DNA from: Alphaproteobacteria bacterium
GTDB lineage: Bacteria; Pseudomonadota; Alphaproteobacteria; RS24
Direction: 5' to 3'
DNA length: 64,000 nt
Assembly (NCBI GenBank): GCA_949498175.1
Contig: CATDDF010000041.1
Span: 1,690 to 65,689, forward strand
Below, piece by piece: positions 57,201 through 64,000 of this stretch. A program made the position numbers and the translations under genes. Numbering within the stretch: position 1 is the stretch's first letter; each line of letters starts with the position of its first letter. The notes under the pieces were generated by a model. That model saw only the letters and a program-made list of their open reading frames with translations, had not been told where the DNA came from and searched no databases.

Positions 57201-58876
57201 AAAGCGAAAACCAAATCAAGCCGATTGCGCCCGTCATCATGCCACCAGCGTGCCTCATCGGTGACTTCCTGAATGAGATGCGTGCCCAAGCCGCCATCGC
57301 GAACATCATCGAGATTGCGCGGTTTGACTTTCTCCAAATCGATGAGAGGGGCCGTATCGGTAATGCTGACATGTAATTTTTGCTCGGCCATATAGCCGCC
57401 GATTTCAATGCGCCCGCTCATATTTTCCGGAAAGGCGTGGCGGATGATATTTTGCGTCGCCTCATCTACTGCAAGGCAAATATTCATGATGATGCCGCGC
57501 GCCGGGGTTTCGCTCAAAGCGGCTTCAATCTCTCGCCGCAAGCGGCGCAATTCCGGTATTTCATTGGTGACGGAAATAGTGAACAAAAATTGCTCGCCTG
57601 CCAGTGACGGCTCAACAATATTGGTCTGACTAAGGGTGGCCGCCACTTGCTGCGGCGCGCAGCCCAAACCCAAAAGCGTTAAATCATCGGATAAATGGTC
57701 GGCTTTTTGGCGCACCACATCTACCGTATGACCGACCTGGTCAGCAATGGAAAACTGCATTTGCTCGGCCAAAATGGTGGCCAGCTTGGTCGCCCCCAGC
57801 ATGGAACCGTTAATCTCAGCTTCGGTTATGCCGTCGGAATAGCAAAAAAACCGCGCCGCTTCGAGACTGTGATGTTCGACCTCAATATCATGTGGCGCAA
57901 AATCCAATATGCCCAATGGCTGAAGGCTGGCTTCAACATAGGAAAAGCCGCCTTTGCGATCGACAATCAGTCCCGGTTCATGGCCCGCATTGCAACATTG
58001 CATGGCACCGCTTTCGGGGTCGTATTGGCCGATAATGGCGGTCACGAACATGCCGTTAAAAGCGGTTTCCACCAATTCGCCATTCATCCGCGCCGCCAAT
58101 TCATTGACGGCGGGCAGGGCGCGGCTCAGCGAGCGAAACAGGCTGTGGGTTTTGGCCATGACCAAAGCGGCATCCGTGCCCTTGCCCGAAACATCGGCCA
58201 TGCAGAAATAAATCTGCCCGTTGCGCGACACATAATCATATAAATCGCCCGATACGCCTTTCTTCGGCACATTGACGCCGTGAATAAAGTCAAATTCGGC
58301 ATTGGGAAACAGGCTTTCCTGCACACGCGACGCCATTTGCAAATCGCGTTGGATGGTGTCGGCCTCGACCATGCGCTTGGCCATTTGTGAATTGGCCAGC
58401 GCCAAAGCGGCGCTTTTTCCGTAAACCGAAACAAGGGCGGCATCATCGTCGCTGAACAAAGCGCCATCGAGACGGTTGATGAGCTGCAGCGCGCCGAAAC
58501 GTTTGCCATTGCCCGATACGGGCACGCAAATCATCGACTTGGTTTCAAAGCCGGTTTTGGCATCTACCGCGCCGGTAAAGTCACTGTCTTCGGCGGTGTT
58601 GCGCACATAACGCATTTCATCGCTCTGCGTTACCGCGCCGACAATGCCTTGCCGTGACGGCACTTCCAAACCGGTTATGTCGGTCGGGCCGATACAGGCT
58701 TCGCACCGTAAAACATCAGCTTCTTCATGCAGCATGAAAAAGCTCGCCGCCTCGGCACCGATCTCTTCGCGAATATAATCAAGCCCCTCATAAAGGGTTT
58801 GCGCCATGTCAGAACTGGAGGCAAAGGCCGACATCATGCGGTAAACAATATCGAGTTGTTTATTGGCCTCCGGCAT
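57197..58876 (-). CDS. GAF-PP2C(SpoIIE)-HATPase partner-switching phosphatase/kinase
   Basis: GAF (SMICVP..GALQLIN); PP2C GDLYD, ADVSGKG, NAGH, SDGITE and DDLTL; RsbW-like DEATQNIIRH and GGLGTHLI. Confidence 0.88.
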   Translation of the reverse strand: MPEANKQLDIVYRMMSAFASSSDMAQTLYEGLDYIREEIGAEAASFFMLHEEADVLRCEACIGPTDITGLEVPSRQGIVGAVTQSDEMRYVRNTAEDSDFTGAVDAKTGFETKSMICVPVSGNGKRFGALQLINRLDGALFSDDDAALVSVYGKSAALALANSQMAKRMVEADTIQRDLQMASRVQESLFPNAEFDFIHGVNVPKKGVSGDLYDYVSRNGQIYFCMADVSGKGTDAALVMAKTHSLFRSLSRALPAVNELAARMNGELVETAFNGMFVTAIIGQYDPESGAMQCCNAGHEPGLIVDRKGGFSYVEASLQPLGILDFAPHDIEVEHHSLEAARFFCYSDGITEAEINGSMLGATKLATILAEQMQFSIADQVGHTVDVVRQKADHLSDDLTLLGLGCAPQQVAATLSQTNIVEPSLAGEQFLFTISVTNEIPELRRLRREIEAALSETPARGIIMNICLAVDEATQNIIRHAFPENMSGRIEIGGYMAEQKLHVSITDTAPLIDLEKVKPRNLDDVRDGGLGTHLIQEVTDEARWWHDDGRNRLDLVFAF

Positions 58877-58880
58877 AAGC

Positions 58881-59612
58881 TCAGCCGAACGTGCCCGGCG
58901 TGAAGCCCCCTCCGCCGCCGCTCTGCTCATCATTGTCAGAAGCCGGGGCTTTCGGCGGCGGGCTTGCCGCTTCGGGGGCGGTTTCAGGCGCGGCTTGCGG
59001 TGCGGGCGCCTGCGGTTCGCTGGCGGTCACCGGCTCACTTTGCGGCGCGTCGACCATTTCTGCCTTATTGCCGTCGTCTTCGTCCATAGGGTCATCCGAC
59101 ATATCGTCAGTCGGCGCATCGCCGCCCGACATTTCGTTACCGGCCATATCGCCGCTTGCCAGGGCGGCAATCAAATCATCATCTTCCGAGGCCGCGCTCG
59201 CCGAATCTTCGCTTAAGGCTGTAGGGGCGACCTCTGATGCCAAAGCGCTGTCGGCTTCGCCGGTTTTGGAAAACACATCGACATCGACCAATTGGGCTGG
59301 TCCGGAAACCGCCTTAATGGGCAAAATCTTGTCCAATTTGGCCAATTGCAAGACGCGCATGGCTTCATCGCTCATATTGGAAATGGTGAAATCTATCTGC
59401 TTTTGCTTGCAGATTTGCATGGCGATGACCAAAATCGACACACCTGAACTGTCCAAATAGCTGATATTGGCGGCATCAACGGTCAAACTGGTAGCATCTT
59501 CGATTTGACTGGTAAGCTGGGTTTTTATCTCCGGGGTGACCTCTAAATCAATATCACCTGCAAGTGTAAGTGTAATATTATCACCACGGTCGCGTCTGAA
59601 TTGAAAAGCCAT
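58881..59612 (-). CDS. STAS anti-sigma-factor antagonist with long acidic C-terminal tail
   Basis: LAGDID…, phospho-site YLDSSG and VLQLAKLDKIL, followed by ~135 aa of D/E/A/P/S-rich sequence. Confidence 0.85.
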   Translation of the reverse strand: MAFQFRRDRGDNITLTLAGDIDLEVTPEIKTQLTSQIEDATSLTVDAANISYLDSSGVSILVIAMQICKQKQIDFTISNMSDEAMRVLQLAKLDKILPIKAVSGPAQLVDVDVFSKTGEADSALASEVAPTALSEDSASAASEDDDLIAALASGDMAGNEMSGGDAPTDDMSDDPMDEDDGNKAEMVDAPQSEPVTASEPQAPAPQAAPETAPEAASPPPKAPASDNDEQSGGGGGFTPGTFG

Positions 59613-59769
59613 ACCAAAATCCTTGAATAAACAGGTTTATATTAGGTGTTTTTAGGCGACATAGCATTAAAAAATTTAGCGAAAGCGGTTGCAAAATGCT
59701 TGATTTTGAAGTTTATTTATCGCGTTGGGTTTCGCGCTTAGGCGCGTCTGTAAATAGAGGAGAGTTCCC

Positions 59770-60333
59770 ATGAACATTCGCGCAAATAGCGAAAGAGGCT
59801 TTAGCCTTATTGAACTTCTGGTTGTTGTTGCGATTATTGGTGTTCTGGCCGCCGTCGGCGTTGTCGGTTACCAAGGTTACATTGACAGCACGAAAAAATC
59901 TGTGACTGAGAATAACAGTAAGGCGGTTCATCAGTGGCTGCTTAATGCTAAGACTATTCGCTCTGCTGGCATTGATGTTGATCCAAGCGAGTGCACACAA
60001 GCCAATCTGGCTGGTACGACAGACTCTGCTACGGCCGTTGCGCCAGGTGGCTGTTTTGCAGGTCTTGGCTCCGAGGGTCACCCTTTTGAAACATTCAAGA
60101 ATCCGTATAATCAATCGCGCTCGGGTGACGCTACAATTTTGGCTACATCGAGCACTGCGGAAGTTGTAGACGACACTACCGCTTGTGTTGATCTCCTTGC
60201 TGGTGCCGAGGATGGCGATGTTCTGATCCGCGTCAGCGGCACGGTTGCCCATATTGACGTGTATTACTGCTCAAAAGTAGACGGCACTTCTGGTATCCTT
60301 AATAAAATGTCAAATACAATTACCAATTTCTAA
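59770..60333 (+). CDS. pilA: Type IVa major pilin
   Basis: Short leader MNIRANSERG|FSLIELLVVVAIIGVLAAVG, four Cys, strong AGGAG RBS, T-ending codon bias and its own terminator. Confidence 0.88.
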   Translation: MNIRANSERGFSLIELLVVVAIIGVLAAVGVVGYQGYIDSTKKSVTENNSKAVHQWLLNAKTIRSAGIDVDPSECTQANLAGTTDSATAVAPGGCFAGLGSEGHPFETFKNPYNQSRSGDATILATSSTAEVVDDTTACVDLLAGAEDGDVLIRVSGTVAHIDVYYCSKVDGTSGILNKMSNTITNF

Positions 60334-60353
60334 GTTGTGATTTATTGATTTTG

Positions 60354-60386
60354 AGAGCGCCGTGTTCGCACGGCGCTCTTTTTTTT
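60354..60386 (+). terminator. Strong Rho-independent terminator after the pilin
   Basis: AGAGCGCCGTG-TTCG-CACGGCGCTCT followed by a T tract. Confidence 0.9.
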
Positions 60387-60397
60387 GGGGCATGCAT

Positions 60398-62188
60398 ATG
60401 GCTTTGTCAGCTTTTGCCAAAACACCGCTGTTCTGGAGCATTTTATTGCTTTTTGGCGTCGCGTTTAACCATCACGTGCCGGATTTAGGCGAGACTTATG
60501 TGAGCCGCAATTTGTCTGCTTGGACGGCCATGTGTCTGAGCCTCATCCTGTTATGGTGGCGGCCTTTCAAACAAGGCGTCATTGCCTGGTCGCCCCTATG
60601 GTTGGCAGGGCTTTTATTACCGGCCATGGGTGGCTTATTTGTGCTCGTCGTCAATATTTTGGGTGGTTTTGAGCATTTTCACATCGGCCATTATTTCTTG
60701 CCGATTATTTTACTGACTTTTGCTCTATTTGTGCTTGGCTTGCTGCAATATGGCGATGAGGTGCCGGATTTAAGCCTCATCATTATCGTTATTTTTGTGG
60801 CTTTTCTGCCGCAATATCTGGTCTATCTGGCGCTGCAGAACCCGATATTCGATATTTTCGCAGCAGATATTTCCAGCCAAATTTCACCCCTTTTTACCAA
60901 GCCCTCTGCCGGTTTCGGGCAATATAATCTGCTCGGCTCTTTCGTGGCGACGCTTTTGATCCTGGCCGCCGCCGCTTTTGTTTTGCAGCCCGTGACGCGC
61001 GCGCGGCGCATTATTTTGGCGCTGATACTCATCGCCCTTACCGTCGATTTGCCTTTTGTAAGAAGCAAAACGGCGCTTTTGGGCGTGGTTTTGGCGGCGG
61101 CGGCGCTCGCTTTGCATATTATTGTGCGAAAGCCGACCCGTCCGCTTGTTCGGCGATTGGCGCTTGCCATCGGCCTTATTTTTGTGACCTATTTTGGCGT
61201 CATTGCCTTGGCCGGTGTTTTCGGTTTTGAGAAAGAATTGGCGTCACGCTCGATTGAAGCCAATCAATCCTCTTTTTCGACGCGGTTTGCCATGTGGGTG
61301 ATCGGCTTTTGGGGTTTCACGGAAAACCCGATTTTCGGGCACGGGCTGGGCAGCTATTTGACCCTGTATATGGAGCATTACGGGCGCTACGGCGTGGCTG
61401 AAGGTTTGACCTTTTATAAATTGGTCACCATCCCGCATAATCTGTTTATCCATATTTTGAGCGAAACCGGCCTGTTCGGTCTTGTGGTCATTACGGGGCC
61501 ATTTATTTGGCTGGGCGCGCACTTGCTCCGCCAGAACGATAATCGCTGGCTGCTGCTTGCTTTTCTATTGCCGATTTTGCTGCACACGCAAGTGGAATAT
61601 CCCTATATCGCATCGGGTGCTCATTATTGGCTGTTCGGCCTCGCTTTGGTCTTGGGCCAGATGAATGGCAGAGAAGATTTAAGCTTGCGCCGCTCGGCTT
61701 TGCCGCACCGGTTGATGGCGCGTTTTGCCTTTGCAGGCCTCACGGTCTATGCGCTTGCCGGCTCTATCGTCACGGTCATTCTCATCGCCGATATGCGCCG
61801 CGCAGCACTTGCTTTTGCGCGCGCCAATCAAATGCCATTGGCACAATTTATCGATTACCGAGCCAATGCGCCGGATTTGCAGCATCCGATTTTTGCCAAA
61901 AGACTGAATGCCGTTACCAATTTGCAATTGATTGATAAAATTTTTGCCGAAAAACGCTTTGAACTTTTGCGCCCGCTGGCGCTGCCTTATTTCGAGACGC
62001 AGGTTTTGAAAGACTATCCGACGCCGCCGATTTGGGAAAAAGCCATGCAGGTCTATGCGGTGCTGGGGGAAGACGAAAAACTTTTGGCCGTAATCGATAA
62101 AATGGCGCTATATGAGCCGGCGCGCGCGGCGCAATTTCGCGTACAATTTGAACTTTACCGACGCGAAAAAGCTACTCATCCTCAATAA
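60398..62188 (+). CDS. pglL: PglL/TfpO-like O-oligosaccharyltransferase (Wzy_C family)
   Basis: Multi-TM; FGQYNLLGS, RFAMW...PIFGHGLGSY, PHNLFIHILSETG and HTQVEYP; immediately downstream of the pilin. Confidence 0.78.
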   Translation: MALSAFAKTPLFWSILLLFGVAFNHHVPDLGETYVSRNLSAWTAMCLSLILLWWRPFKQGVIAWSPLWLAGLLLPAMGGLFVLVVNILGGFEHFHIGHYFLPIILLTFALFVLGLLQYGDEVPDLSLIIIVIFVAFLPQYLVYLALQNPIFDIFAADISSQISPLFTKPSAGFGQYNLLGSFVATLLILAAAAFVLQPVTRARRIILALILIALTVDLPFVRSKTALLGVVLAAAALALHIIVRKPTRPLVRRLALAIGLIFVTYFGVIALAGVFGFEKELASRSIEANQSSFSTRFAMWVIGFWGFTENPIFGHGLGSYLTLYMEHYGRYGVAEGLTFYKLVTIPHNLFIHILSETGLFGLVVITGPFIWLGAHLLRQNDNRWLLLAFLLPILLHTQVEYPYIASGAHYWLFGLALVLGQMNGREDLSLRRSALPHRLMARFAFAGLTVYALAGSIVTVILIADMRRAALAFARANQMPLAQFIDYRANAPDLQHPIFAKRLNAVTNLQLIDKIFAEKRFELLRPLALPYFETQVLKDYPTPPIWEKAMQVYAVLGEDEKLLAVIDKMALYEPARAAQFRVQFELYRREKATHPQ

Positions 62189-63209
62189 CGATAAGCCCCT
62201 GTTTTTCCAACTCATCGACATATTTTTCCATCGTAATCATGCCGAATTGCGCGCCGGTTTGCATGACGGTGGCAATTTGTGGAATTTTGTCTTCGCGAAT
62301 GAGGTTTTTCACCGCCGGCACGCAGACCATGACCTCAAATGCGCCGATGCGCCCGCCGCTTTTGCGTTTCAAAAGTTGTTGCGTCATCACCAATTGCAAA
62401 GAGGATGCAACCATAGAGCGCGCTTGCGGCTGCTCTTCGGCAGGAAATGCATCAATAATGCGGTTAATGGTTTCCGCCGCTCCTGATGTATGCAGCGTGC
62501 CGAAAACCAGATGGCCGGTTTCAGCTGCCGTCAGGGCCAATGAAATGGTTTCATAATCGCGCATCTCGCCGAGCAGCAAAATATCCGGATCTTCGCGCAA
62601 AGCGCCCTTCAGGGCGGATGCAAAGCTCACCGTATCGCGCCCGACTTCGCGCTGCGAAATAATCGATCTTATTTCCGAATGGACAAATTCGACAGGGTCT
62701 TCAATGGTGATGATATGCTCGGCGCGCTCGCGGTTGATTTTATTGATCATCGAGGCGAGCGAGGTTGATTTACCCGAACCGGTGGGGCCGGTGACCAGCA
62801 CCAAACCCTTTTTTTCCCCCAAAACCGTATGCACGGCCGGCGGCAGACCGAGCTGATCAATATTCGGCACTTCGGTGACAATGGTACGGCAAATCAAACC
62901 CCAGCCATTAAGTGTGTGATAGCCATTGGCACGAAAGCGCGCCCCGTTCACCGTGATGGCAAAATCGACGTCTTTCTTCTCGTCAAATATCTCATAAAGT
63001 TCATCGCCCAATTCATGGCGAAACACACCGTCCAACATATCATGGGTAATCGGGCAATCTTGCATGACGTTAATTTCACCATTGACGCGAATGGCCAGCG
63101 GACTGCCGGAACGCATATGAAAATCGGAAATGCGATATTCTTTCGGCAATTCGTCGAGATAGCGATAAACCGGATTATCGATGGGGGCGGGTTTTTCGGC
63201 TTCGGACAT
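62172..63209 (-). CDS. pilT: Type IV pilus retraction ATPase
   Basis: SDFHM, GPTGSGKST, TIEDPVEF, LREDPD, GHLVFGTLHT and AVKNLIRE. Confidence 0.95.
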   Translation of the reverse strand: MSEAEKPAPIDNPVYRYLDELPKEYRISDFHMRSGSPLAIRVNGEINVMQDCPITHDMLDGVFRHELGDELYEIFDEKKDVDFAITVNGARFRANGYHTLNGWGLICRTIVTEVPNIDQLGLPPAVHTVLGEKKGLVLVTGPTGSGKSTSLASMINKINRERAEHIITIEDPVEFVHSEIRSIISQREVGRDTVSFASALKGALREDPDILLLGEMRDYETISLALTAAETGHLVFGTLHTSGAAETINRIIDAFPAEEQPQARSMVASSLQLVMTQQLLKRKSGGRIGAFEVMVCVPAVKNLIREDKIPQIATVMQTGAQFGMITMEKYVDELEKQGLIVIEDE

Positions 63210-63330
63210 ATTCAGCTATGGCTCAACATTATGACTCTACACGACATTAGAATACCTGTTTATACTGGGGCTTCTGAAATTTGGCCAGAGCCTAAGTGCG
63301 GCACGGCCCTAACTGTTGCGGGTTGTCGCC

Positions 63331-64000
63331 ATGAGTGATGGCTTTCCATTTTTGATATTTTTGGCGGCGATTGGCGGCTGTCTCGGCAGTTTTGCCAATG
63401 TTGCCGCTTTGCGCAGCCTGTCAGGCGAGGATTGGATCAAACAGCCCTCAGCCTGTTTTCATTGCGGTCAGCGCCTCGGTTTTTTCGACAATTTACCGTT
63501 TTACGGCTTTCTGCGTCATGGCGGACGCAGCGCCTGTTGCGGGCAAGTGCTGCCGCGGCGCTATCTTTATGTCGAATTGGCCATGGCGGGGCTGGTCGTG
63601 CTTGCTTGGCAACAATTGGACAGCATGGTTTTTGCCGTATTTATCCCCTTTATCCTATTGATGGTGATTATTTTCCTGACCGATATGGATGCTTTCATCA
63701 TCCCCGATTGGGCCTCTTTGGGGGGTGCCGCTTTGGGTTTTGCATTGGCGCTTTTGGGCGCCCCGGGGGTGCCCGCTTTGCCGCACGCGGCGCTTGGCGG
63801 TATTGCCGGTTTTCTGCTGATTTACCTGATTAATGCGGCTTATAAATTATGGCGCGGCCATGACGGCATAGGCTTTGGCGATGTCAAATTAATGGCCATG
63901 CTGGGCATTTGGTTGGGGCCGGTCAGCCTGCTGCCGATTCTCTTTGCCGCCAGTTTGAGCGGTGCGTTTATCGGTATTGTCGCTATTTTGGCAGCGCGTG
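63331..64000 (+). CDS. pilD: Prepilin peptidase (3' partial; not in ORF track)
   Basis: MSDGFPF…GSFANV…CFHCG…ACCG…VE; catalytic Asp motifs IFLTD and GIGFGDVKL; runs off the window end. Confidence 0.9.
   Translation, partial: MSDGFPFLIFLAAIGGCLGSFANVAALRSLSGEDWIKQPSACFHCGQRLGFFDNLPFYGFLRHGGRSACCGQVLPRRYLYVELAMAGLVVLAWQQLDSMVFAVFIPFILLMVIIFLTDMDAFIIPDWASLGGAALGFALALLGAPGVPALPHAALGGIAGFLLIYLINAAYKLWRGHDGIGFGDVKLMAMLGIWLGPVSLLPILFAASLSGAFIGIVAILAAR

Overview
This is a gene-dense bacterial chromosome segment, most likely from a marine alphaproteobacterium. That assignment is inferred from the conserved tRNA-Thr/murA/DUF2948/hisD/UPF0262/infA/maf/rng/yacG/tRNA-Phe synteny, an alpha-type LexA box and the lipid/compatible-solute gene content. 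In order, the window holds: the 3' part of nrdB, a GST and an orphan 3TM holin; the murA-hisD-infA housekeeping block with two tRNAs and typA; a small TetR/SDR/GST/SRPBCC cluster; a six-gene TtpC-type TonB system; a glucosylglycerate synthesis-plus-recycling cluster; a catabolic cluster with a natural esterase-BVMO fusion and an acyl-CoA dehydrogenase pair; a lipoprotein subtilase with a putative small beta-barrel partner; and the complete phoR-pstSCAB-phoU-phoB locus with a triple Pho box. The most unusual region is about 18.5 kb (45465 to the window end) encoding a retractile type IVa pilus system with atypical parts. These are a fused PilM-PilN lacking ATP-binding motifs, a PilO with a ~190-aa acidic cytoplasmic extension carrying a FliM-like LxxAEIDAxL motif, and a LysM-LysM-SPOR-PilP-like fusion in place of the PilP lipoprotein. 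A MoxR/DUF58/transglutaminase triad and a STAS plus GAF-PP2C-kinase partner-switch module are embedded in the locus, the latter divergent from the major pilin. No CRISPR array, transposase or integrase was seen. All assignments come from motif recognition by eye; no database searches were run, and some start codons were re-assigned from the ORF track using RBS position.
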